From positions 1-34,817 of the forward strand of contig JAYVVA010000011.1 in NCBI GenBank assembly GCA_043787435.1: a stretch of 34,817 nt of DNA, read 5' to 3'. Shown piece by piece: positions 27,135-34,817 of the stretch. Source of the DNA: Sphingomonadales bacterium. GTDB taxonomy: Bacteria; Pseudomonadota; Alphaproteobacteria; Sphingomonadales; Sphingomonadaceae. How positions within the stretch are numbered: the stretch's first letter is position 1; each line of letters opens with the position of its first letter. A model generated the notes under the pieces. The model did no database searches and was not told the DNA's origin. It saw only the letters and a list, made by a program, of their open reading frames with translations. The translations under genes and the position numbers were made by a program.

Positions 27135-29003
27135 TCACGCGTTCACCCCGCTGAGGCCAGAGCATCGCTCAACAGTGATTGCGATCACTTTATCATGCGC
27201 GAACCTAGCAGCTTCAGCCTCACCGGCGAACGCGGGCAGGCGCAGCGTCTTGGCGCGCTCGGACAGTCTTCTGGAAAGTTCGCTCATAGCTGCCTCGGCG
27301 TTACCGATCGTCAGACCGATTGTCCGCGCCAGCGCGAGGAAATCCTGCCGCGTCAGCCGATCATCCTTACCGTTTAACTTCAACGCCATCCGGTCACCGC
27401 CAAGTCCCGGAAAAACACGCGTGGTGACGGCGTCATAGAGCGGCGCGAAACGCACACTAGTAAAGGCCTTGGCACCTGGGTCCGCCGTCTTGAGCATCGC
27501 GAGGTTCTTCAAGTGCATATCGCCGTCGGCAATTAGCCAGGCGAAGACCGCGCGGCGGAACAGGATGTCGAGGTCGGCGACCGGATCGGTCGAAAGCGGG
27601 CGCAGACCCCGAGCCATGCGCTCGATCGTGCCATCATATTTCGCCGCAGCCGGTAAGTCCAAAATGGAGCAAAAGTCCTCGAGCGCCAGACGTCGCTGAT
27701 CCGCCGATCCGCGACGAATATCGAACCGCTCGACGACCAGTGCAGGCGACATGCCGTCGGGCATTTCCAGCAGCGCGGCATCGGGCACATCGAACCCGGC
27801 CGAGCGGCCAAGCTCCAGGCAAAGCCACTCAACGACCGGCAACGTCTCGAAGCCCGCCGTGCCGGCGGGCTTGAGGATATGGGTGAACGGGTGATCGATG
27901 GCCGGAACGAGGGAACCGTCAGGCATCAGGCTCATTGGCGCCTTGATCTGGACGCCCGAAAGGCGCGGCGTTTCGGCGCGCGCGAAGGTGCGCGCCAGGT
28001 TCTGCTCGAAGGTCTCCTCGATCTCGCCCCGCGCCAGACCGGCGTAGCGACCCGTGAATCGACCGGCGTCGATGTGTCCAGCCAGTGTTGTCGTGAGAAT
28101 GTCGGCAGACAGCGCCGCCAGTTCCTCTCGACCCTCGACGATGACGATGTTCGACATATATCGCCGTCCGCGCCGAAGCGCTTCGCGTTCATCGCGTTCC
28201 TGGAGAACTTTCGCCAGCCAGCCCTCGGGCAGCAGCGAGCCAATGAAGGCCGGCAGCTTGCCCGGCGTCGTCTCGCGAACGAGGGCCGGTCCCGCTCGAC
28301 GCCTCGGCTTCCAGCGCCATTCGAATCCATCGTGGGTCAGCCGGCCGAGCGGTTCACCGTGCCACGCGACGAGAAGATCGAGCGCCGCCTTGTTGACCGG
28401 CGCCTTGGCAACGGCTGGCTGTGCAAGCAGGAAGCGTTCGGCGCCTTCACCTTCGCGATACCATTCGTTCTCACGCGCCAGCACCCAGACTGCGTCGGCC
28501 GCGGCTTGGGGCGTCCCATGTTCTTCCACCAAACGGGCGGCCATCTGCGCGCGCATGTCGGCGGTGACCGCGCTCGCATGTTCGCTGCGTAGGCGGAACG
28601 CTTCGAGAAAGCGTTGGCGCGGCGATGAGGCGTCGATCCGCAATTCGCCCAGACCATCGCCGATGACGGCGATCGCCGTCGATGGATGCTGCGGCGCTTC
28701 GTTCTGGATGATCTCGAGCGTCCGCAACCGCCTGCGTTGATTGCGGCGGCCGCTGATAAACAGCCGCCCGTCGGGCGTCGGCGCGAGCAGCGCCGCACTC
28801 GCCGATGAGAGATAGGCAGTCGGATAGAGATAGTGTGCGATGCGCACAGCATGATTCAGAATCGCGGCCTCGATGTCACCGTCCTGTTCGACATATACGC
28901 CACGCACGATCTGGAGCAGCTCGCCGGCCTGGGCACGCTGATGCGCGCGTCGAGCGTCGATCGTTTCTCCCACAAGCTGTATCACAGTTGGATTTTCCCG
29001 CAT
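27135..29003 (-). CDS. HipA-family kinase with ~200-aa N-terminal extension
   Basis: SLLPEG coupling domain, LSGVQIK, ILKP, LVVERFD, DGDMHLKNL and APLYD; N-terminal GELLQIVRGVY. Confidence 0.9.
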   Translation of the reverse strand: MRENPTVIQLVGETIDARRAHQRAQAGELLQIVRGVYVEQDGDIEAAILNHAVRIAHYLYPTAYLSSASAALLAPTPDGRLFISGRRNQRRRLRTLEIIQNEAPQHPSTAIAVIGDGLGELRIDASSPRQRFLEAFRLRSEHASAVTADMRAQMAARLVEEHGTPQAAADAVWVLARENEWYREGEGAERFLLAQPAVAKAPVNKAALDLLVAWHGEPLGRLTHDGFEWRWKPRRRAGPALVRETTPGKLPAFIGSLLPEGWLAKVLQERDEREALRRGRRYMSNIVIVEGREELAALSADILTTTLAGHIDAGRFTGRYAGLARGEIEETFEQNLARTFARAETPRLSGVQIKAPMSLMPDGSLVPAIDHPFTHILKPAGTAGFETLPVVEWLCLELGRSAGFDVPDAALLEMPDGMSPALVVERFDIRRGSADQRRLALEDFCSILDLPAAAKYDGTIERMARGLRPLSTDPVADLDILFRRAVFAWLIADGDMHLKNLAMLKTADPGAKAFTSVRFAPLYDAVTTRVFPGLGGDRMALKLNGKDDRLTRQDFLALARTIGLTIGNAEAAMSELSRRLSERAKTLRLPAFAGEAEAARFAHDKVIAITVERCSGLSGVNA

Positions 29004-29077
29004 CTCAGATGCGCGTTAATCCCATAACTCAAACCGTCTTGCAAGGATTATCACGCATCTAAGATGCGTGATAATCC
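28990..29077. promoter_or_regulatory. Twin 33-bp palindromic operators of the HipA-like gene
   Basis: 29045-29077 is the perfect GGATTATCACGCATCT-A-AGATGCGTGATAATCC; 28990-29022 is a degenerate copy overlapping the ATG. Confidence 0.8.
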
Positions 29078-29299
29078 CTCGCACTCAAGCTCGTCGGCTT
29101 GCTTTCTTGCAACAACGCCTTCAGGCGAAAAGGACGTGAGAGGATTTCTTAGCAGGGCAAAATGCTAACAGAATGCCGATTGAACGCCGTAATTTTTGCA
29201 ATTGGTAGAGCCAACACTCGCTTATAAATCTCCGCGCATAAAAACGCCTTCTCCGCCTCAATTTCGGCTTCACGGACGTCGATCCACCATGCTCGCGGT

Positions 29300-29450
29300 T
29301 GAGCGTCTCGCGCCGCCCATGCAGCCGGTCGTCCAGACGAAACGTCAATGTTCCGGAGGTTGAGACCTGAACGTAAAGGCCGTCACGGTCCGTGACCTTG
29401 TAGGCTTTTTCGCGTGGTTTCAGGTTCTTAAGGGTAACATCGGTGAGCAT
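29300..29450 (-). pseudogene. P4-like tyrosine integrase stub (arm-binding domain only)
   Basis: MLTDVTLKNLKPREKAYKVTDRDGLYVQVSTSGTLTF..RLHGRRETL, then similarity ends; no catalytic domain. Confidence 0.85.
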
Positions 29451-29754
29451 ACCGGTCTCGTCTACGCAAGATACCGTCAGGCGATTTTCGGCCATTTTCG
29501 TCGACATTATCGCTTGCGTTACGATGGTTTAGTGCGGAGGAAATACCGTCGCTGGCTTCGACATCTTTGACGGTATCGCTGAATTGGGCCAAGTGCAAGT
29601 TTGCCAGACACCGTCACGCATGACGCCAGAGCCAACCGCTGCTCCGCGATTGATCCCGATAGATAACGTGAGGTAATCTTTTTATTTCAATGCTTTGATG
29701 GGGCAATACTGATTGATCGCGATAGCCAAAAATGGCCCCGAATCATTCCCACTC
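29449..29754. mobile_element. Attachment region of guaA-integrated genomic island
   Basis: GAGTGGGA core at the guaA 3' end (29747-29754, minus strand); ATACCGTC at 29471 and 29543, inverted at 29569, variant at 29608; IHF-like TTTCAATGCTTTG at 29685. Confidence 0.65.
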
Positions 29755-31287
29755 GATCGTACCGGGCGGCTTCGACGTATAATCGTAAACCACTCTGTTG
29801 ATGCCTTCGACTTCATTTACGATCCGGGTCGCCACGCGCGACAGGAATGTACTGTCGAACGGGAAAATGTCCGCCGTCATACCGTCGGTCGAGGTTACGG
29901 CGCGCAACGCGCAAACGAATTCGTACGTCCGCCCATCGCCCATGACCCCGACGGTGCGCACCGGGAGCAGCACCGCGAAAGCTTGCCAGATCGCGTCATA
30001 AAGTCCGGCGGTACGTATCTCCTCAAGGTAGATCGCATCTGCCTTGCGCAGGATATCGCATCGGTCGCGCGTCACTTCGCCCGGAATCCGGATTGCAAGC
30101 CCGGGGCCCGGAAACGGATGTCGCCCGACGAATGCTTCGGGCAGACCGAGCTCACGGCCCAGTACACGCACCTCATCCTTGAAAAGCTCGCGCAGCGGCT
30201 CGACGAGCGCCATGTCCATCCGATCAGGCAGGCCGCCGACATTGTGATGGCTCTTGATCGTCACCGAAGGCCCGCCGGTGAAGGAGACGCTCTCGATGAC
30301 GTCGGGGTAGAGAGTTCCCTGAGCTAGAAACTTCGCCCCTCCAATTTTTTTGGCCTCGGCCTCAAATACGTCGATGAAGGTCTTGCCGATAAACTTGCGT
30401 TTCGCTTCGGGGTCGGTCAGTCCCTTTAGTCCGTTCATGAACAGCGTCTCTGCATCGACATGGATCAGCGGTATGCCGTAATGCTCGCGGAACAGGCCTA
30501 CTACCTGATCGCTTTCACCCAGCCGCATCAGCCCGTGGTCAACGTAAACGCACGTCAACTGGTCGCCTATGGCTTCGTGGATCAACACCGCAGCCACCGA
30601 AGAGTCCACGCCTCCCGACAGCCCGCAAATCACACGTCCCTTGCCGACCTGCGCACGAATATCGGCAATCTTTGCCGCGCGATATCCGGCCATCGTCCAG
30701 TCACCGGGGCAACCGCAGACATGGCGCACAAAGTTGGCGATCAGTTTGCCGCCGTCGGGTGTATGCACCACTTCAGGGTGGAACATTGTCGCGTAGAAAC
30801 GCCGTGCGTCGTCAGCGACAACGGCAAACGGTGCCCTTTCCGACGTTGCAACGACGCGAAAGCCGGGCGGCAACGCCTCCACCTTATCGCCATGGCTCAT
30901 CCAGACCTGATGGCTCTCGCCCGGCTTCCACAGCCCATCAAACAGAACGCAACTATGATCGACTTGCAGAAACGCACGACCGAATTCACGCGACTCGGTG
31001 CTGCCGACGCGTCCCCCCAGTTGCGCGCACATTGTTTGCTGGCCGTAGCAAATGCCGAGAATCGGAACGCCAGCCTCAAAAAACTGTTGCGGCGCGCGCG
31101 GACTGCCTTCGTGGGTTACTGATGCCGGCCCTCCGCCCAGGATAACACCTGCGGGTTTTATTCGTTCAAATGCCGCCCCGGCACTGCTGAACGGAACGAT
31201 CTCGCAATACACACCAGCCTCGCGCACACGACGAGCGATGAGTTGCGTTACCTGGCTGCCGAAATCGACAATAAGGATGGAAGACAT
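29743..31287 (-). CDS. guaA: GMP synthase (glutamine-hydrolysing)
   Basis: [44 protein letters not shown] and KPPGTIEWE; RBS GAGGAG before ATG at 31287. Confidence 0.98.
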   Translation of the reverse strand: MSSILIVDFGSQVTQLIARRVREAGVYCEIVPFSSAGAAFERIKPAGVILGGGPASVTHEGSPRAPQQFFEAGVPILGICYGQQTMCAQLGGRVGSTESREFGRAFLQVDHSCVLFDGLWKPGESHQVWMSHGDKVEALPPGFRVVATSERAPFAVVADDARRFYATMFHPEVVHTPDGGKLIANFVRHVCGCPGDWTMAGYRAAKIADIRAQVGKGRVICGLSGGVDSSVAAVLIHEAIGDQLTCVYVDHGLMRLGESDQVVGLFREHYGIPLIHVDAETLFMNGLKGLTDPEAKRKFIGKTFIDVFEAEAKKIGGAKFLAQGTLYPDVIESVSFTGGPSVTIKSHHNVGGLPDRMDMALVEPLRELFKDEVRVLGRELGLPEAFVGRHPFPGPGLAIRIPGEVTRDRCDILRKADAIYLEEIRTAGLYDAIWQAFAVLLPVRTVGVMGDGRTYEFVCALRAVTSTDGMTADIFPFDSTFLSRVATRIVNEVEGINRVVYDYTSKPPGTIEWE

Positions 31288-31340
31288 GGTCTCCTCTAGC
31301 GAGACTATGCCCTTGTTGCCAACCCGTCGATCGCAATGGA

Positions 31341-31868
31341 TCAACAGTTCGACGAATACCCACCGAAATCGACCCGCTGCACATCGCCATAGCGAACCGC
31401 GCAGCTGAAGCTTCGCTGGTCGTGACTGCTGCTGTAGCGGGTGTCGCCGCCACAGGTGTAATCAACGACGCCGCGCACGTTGAAACCGTCGGAGACGCGG
31501 TCCACCGAATCCACCGAGCTCACCCGGGTACCGCCGCCTATCCGCTGCTCGGCCGCATTGGCGCAAGCATCTGCCGCCGCTTCATCGGAGCGGATGCTGG
31601 TGCTGTAGCCGTTGCTGGCATAGCCCGTGTCCGGCGCTCAATTCGCACTCGATGACGCCGAGTAAATGATTGCCGCAAGGATGCCTACACCAGTCACACC
31701 TGCGACAATCGCACCAGTGTCGTCATAGCCGCAATGACGATAATCGGAATGGCCATAGCCGCCGCCAGGATAACCGCCTCGATAACCTTGGGCCAATGCA
31801 GGCGTAACGGAAGTCGCGAGCATCGCGGTGGCGAGCGCGCCGGCGGTGACTGAACGCAGCTTCTTCAT
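31341..31868 (-). pseudogene. Secreted Gly-rich hypothetical protein interrupted by an in-frame TGA
   Basis: ORFs 31638..31868 and 31341..31523 are in the same frame. Signal peptide, glycine-zipper-like segment, then ...SAN*APDTG...DACANAAE...[10 protein letters not shown]. Confidence 0.7.
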
Positions 31869-32014
31869 CGCTTTATTACTTTACACTCGGCAACAGACGT
31901 CGCAGCCGGTGCCAGACTGCTGGTGCAGTCGGGACGACACGGTGCTGAATTGATCCGTTGGTCGACTGAAAGCATTAACGCCGGATCGTAGCTGCACAAG
32001 GCGGCAGCTCGCGA

Positions 32015-34135
32015 TCAATTCCCCCCAGCTGCCATCCCTGTCCACCGCGCGATGAACGCCCATTGATCCGCTGCTTCTTCGATGATCTTGTCGGTCGGCT
32101 TGCCGCTCCCGTGGCCCGCACGGGTTTCAATGCGGATCAGGTGCGGCTTGTCGCCCAACTTGGCCGCCTGAAGCGTCGCGGTATATTTAAAGCTGTGACC
32201 AGGCACAACACGGTCGTCAGTATCAGCAGTAGTGACCAAGATCGCCGGGTACTGTGCTCCCGACCGGATATTGTGTAGCGGTGAATAGGCACGCAAAATC
32301 TTGAAGTCGGCTTCGACGTTTGGATCGCCGTAATCGTCAGTCCAATAGCGCCCGGCAGTGAAACGATTGAACCGTAGCATGTCCATAACGCCGACCGCGG
32401 GAAGCGCCGCCGCGAAGAGGTCAGGCCGTTGATTCACCACTGCGCCCACCAGCAAGCCGCCATTCGATCCGCCCTGAATCGCCAACTTATCCTTTGACGT
32501 GATCCCTTGCGCCACCAGATATTCGCCGGCTGCAATAAAATCGTCGAAGACGTTTTGCTTTTGCGCGCGCTTGCCGGCTTCGTGCCACGCCTTTCCGTAC
32601 TCGCCGCCACCGCGTAAGTTCGCGATGGCATAGACACCGCCGGCCTCGAGCCACGCCAGCCGCGTAGCGCTGTATCCAGGCGTAAGTGAAATGTTGAAGC
32701 CGCCATAACCGTAGAGCAACGTTGGCTGCGGACCGGCGAGCAAACTTTTTTTGCGGACAATGAACATCGGTACTTTAGTGCCGTCTTTCGACGGGTAAAA
32801 GACCTGGGTTGTTTCGAAGGCGTTCGGATCGAACGCTAGCTTTGGCTGAAAGAATGGCTCCGAGCGGCCTGTCTCGCTGTCGAAACGATAGACCGTGGCC
32901 GGCGTCGCGAAGCCGGTGAAAGTGTAAAAACTTTCGCTGTCGCCAGTCTTGCCGCCGAAACCGGATGCAGTGCCGATGTCAGGGAGCCGAACAGGGCCGA
33001 GCGATCGGCCATCCAGCTCGAACAACTCAGCCTCCGACTTGGCATCGCCCAGATAGGCAACAACCAGCCGCTGCCCGATGAGCGAAGCGCCCACCAGCGT
33101 GTCACTGGTTTCAGGCACGACCTGTTTGAATTTGAGCGTTTTTGCAGCAACGTCGACGACGGTCAGTTGACCCTTGGGGGCGCTCTTGTCCGTCACGAAC
33201 CAGAACTTCGATCCGACCGTCCCGGCGAGCTTCCAGCTATTGTCGAGGCCCGCGATAAGGTTGTGTGGTTTCATCGGGCCGGCATCAAGGCCTGCGATGG
33301 TCACTTCGACCTTGGGATCGGTCCCCTGCGCCGAGGTGATGACCAGCCACTTGCCGTCGTCAGTCACCTGCGCACTATGACCCAGCCTGGGGCGGTCTGG
33401 CGTTGCGTAAACCATTGAATCGCCATCTTGTGCAGTACCGACTGTGTGAAACCACACCTGTTGGTTGAGGTTGAGCGACTGGAACTTTGCGCCCTCGGGT
33501 TTGGCAAAACGCGAGTAGAAAAATCCGCTGCCGTCTGGTTTCCATGCGATGCCGCTAAACTTCACCCATTCGATGCGGTCGGGCAACTCCTTGCCCGTGG
33601 TGGCATCGACCACCTTGAGTGTGCGCCAATCGGTGCCGCCATCCTGGATGCCATAGGCAAGGTAGCGCCCGTCAGCCGAAGGCGCCCATTCAGCAAGTGC
33701 GGTCGCGCCGTCCTGCGCCCATAAATTCGGATCGAGCAACAGTTGGCCCTCGCCCGCAAGCCCGTCGCGTACCCAAAGTGTAGATTGGTTCTGAAGGCCA
33801 GTGTTGTGCGAATAAAAATAACGGGTGCCAGCCTTTCGCGGTGTTCCCATACGCTCATAATTATAGAGCGCCTTTATACGCGTCTTGAACCCGTCACGCC
33901 TTGGCAAGGTTGCCAAATAGCTATCCGTGACCTTGTTTTCTGCCGTCACCCAGTCACGCACTTTAGGGTCGGTACGGACATCGTCCTCCAACCAGCGATA
34001 GGGATCAGCGATGATCTCACCAAAAATTGTGTCAGTTTGGAAAACGGTGACAGTGAGGGGGTAGGATAAGGGTGTTTCGGCCATAATGGGACCAGACAAC
34101 AGCGCAGCGAGCGCTGCGAGAAGAACGGGTTTCAA
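32015..34135 (-). CDS. Prolyl oligopeptidase (S9A), with signal peptide
   Basis: DPYRWLE, YGYGGF, NLRGGGEYG, GGSNGG, DDRV and AGHG (catalytic triad motifs). Confidence 0.95.
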   Translation of the reverse strand: MKPVLLAALAALLSGPIMAETPLSYPLTVTVFQTDTIFGEIIADPYRWLEDDVRTDPKVRDWVTAENKVTDSYLATLPRRDGFKTRIKALYNYERMGTPRKAGTRYFYSHNTGLQNQSTLWVRDGLAGEGQLLLDPNLWAQDGATALAEWAPSADGRYLAYGIQDGGTDWRTLKVVDATTGKELPDRIEWVKFSGIAWKPDGSGFFYSRFAKPEGAKFQSLNLNQQVWFHTVGTAQDGDSMVYATPDRPRLGHSAQVTDDGKWLVITSAQGTDPKVEVTIAGLDAGPMKPHNLIAGLDNSWKLAGTVGSKFWFVTDKSAPKGQLTVVDVAAKTLKFKQVVPETSDTLVGASLIGQRLVVAYLGDAKSEAELFELDGRSLGPVRLPDIGTASGFGGKTGDSESFYTFTGFATPATVYRFDSETGRSEPFFQPKLAFDPNAFETTQVFYPSKDGTKVPMFIVRKKSLLAGPQPTLLYGYGGFNISLTPGYSATRLAWLEAGGVYAIANLRGGGEYGKAWHEAGKRAQKQNVFDDFIAAGEYLVAQGITSKDKLAIQGGSNGGLLVGAVVNQRPDLFAAALPAVGVMDMLRFNRFTAGRYWTDDYGDPNVEADFKILRAYSPLHNIRSGAQYPAILVTTADTDDRVVPGHSFKYTATLQAAKLGDKPHLIRIETRAGHGSGKPTDKIIEEAADQWAFIARWTGMAAGGN

Positions 34136-34170
34136 AGGAAAGGCTCCGAAAACGGGTGTATCCGGAGCCT
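34136..34170 (-). terminator. Candidate intrinsic terminator after rplQ
   Basis: AGGCTCCG-N14-CGGAGCCT hairpin followed by TTCCTTT on the minus strand. Confidence 0.45.
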
Positions 34171-34215
34171 ATGGGTCCTTTAAACTTGCTGCAAGCAATG
34201 CTTTGGCGGCGCTTA

Positions 34216-34635
34216 TTACGCCGCTTCGTCGAGCGCTTCGCCTGCGACCGGACCCGAGTCTTGGCCCTTTGCAGAAACGTCACGGTCAACGAATTCTATG
34301 ATCGCCATGTCGGCAGCGTCCGAGGCCCGGATGCCCGCCTTGAGCACGCGTATGTAGCCACCTGAGCGATCCGCATAGCGCGACGCAAGGACGTCGAACA
34401 GCTTGACCAGCTGCGTCTCGTCGAGAAGCCGCGCATGGGCGAGACGACGGTTCGACAGACCGCCCTTTTTAGCCAGCGTTACGAGCTTTTCAGTGTAGGG
34501 CCGCAGTTCCTTGGCCTTTGCCAGGGTTGTCGTGATCTGTTCGTGCTTGATAAGCGCTGCCGCCATGTTGCGGAACAGCGCCGTACGGTGCGAGGAAGTA
34601 CGCTGGAGCTTACGCCCGCCGACGCGATGACGCAT
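34216..34635 (-). CDS. rplQ: 50S ribosomal protein L17
   Basis: [40 protein letters not shown] and R..DAA.MAIIE. Confidence 0.98.
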   Translation of the reverse strand: MRHRVGGRKLQRTSSHRTALFRNMAAALIKHEQITTTLAKAKELRPYTEKLVTLAKKGGLSNRRLAHARLLDETQLVKLFDVLASRYADRSGGYIRVLKAGIRASDAADMAIIEFVDRDVSAKGQDSGPVAGEALDEAA

Positions 34636-34817
34636 GATATCTGTTCCCTTCGTTCGTCGAGGGGCCGTACCAGGTACCCCAAGCCGGGCGAGGTGCCGCC
34701 CGAAAGGTGCTCGCCTAAACGCAACGCCCCTGCATCGTCAAGCCCACGCGTCGTTGCCGCATGGGAAGCCGATCGTGGCCGATCCGCTGTTACCCGACAA
34801 ACAAAGTTTCCCCGCAC

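Noticed and set aside
28990-29077. Two 33-bp repeats with a 22-bp spacer as a mini-CRISPR or MITE
   Set aside because: Only two degenerate copies, fully palindromic, no cas genes, and positioned over a promoter and start codon; an operator is the better explanation.
29121-29507. 128-aa ORF as an intact integrase or excisionase
   Set aside because: Only about 50 residues match the arm-binding domain; the rest is unrelated read-through with no catalytic residues.

Overview
High-GC alphaproteobacterial DNA, most likely a sphingomonad (inferred from gene content and style). The right end is chromosomal backbone on the minus strand: rplQ, a prolyl oligopeptidase, a secreted hypothetical gene interrupted by an in-frame TGA, and guaA. 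Everything left of the guaA 3' end looks like an old, immobilised guaA-associated genomic island. It starts with a GAGTGGGA core, repeated ATACCGTC arm-type sites and a 50-codon integrase stub. Next come a stand-alone 622-aa HipA-type kinase with an extra N-terminal wHTH-like region and twin 33-bp palindromes, and relics of DUF6361 and DUF3883 genes. The cargo has two parts. (i) An ~19-kb, mostly intact sulfide/sulfane-sulfur module: SQR, rhodanese, persulfide dioxygenase, TauE, an AhpD/CMD protein, DUF2892, a complete tripartite RND pump split across the divergon, an SqrR/BigR-like repressor, cytochrome bd (cydABX), cydDC, a 1-Cys peroxiredoxin and a Cys-less ArsR. (ii) A partly decayed arsenic cluster: intact arsR, Grx-type arsC, acr3, arsH, an ArsO-like FMO and a small thioredoxin, with broken Trx-type arsC, second arsR and ArsP-like permease. 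A dead IS5-family element sits exactly in the CTAG that held the overlapping stop codons of two convergent genes. A GH130 gene missing from the ORF track runs off the left edge. The best candidates for an undescribed system are the sulfur-linked RND pump with its SQR/bd-oxidase module and the self-regulated fused HipA kinase. All family assignments come from motif recognition by eye; no database search was run.
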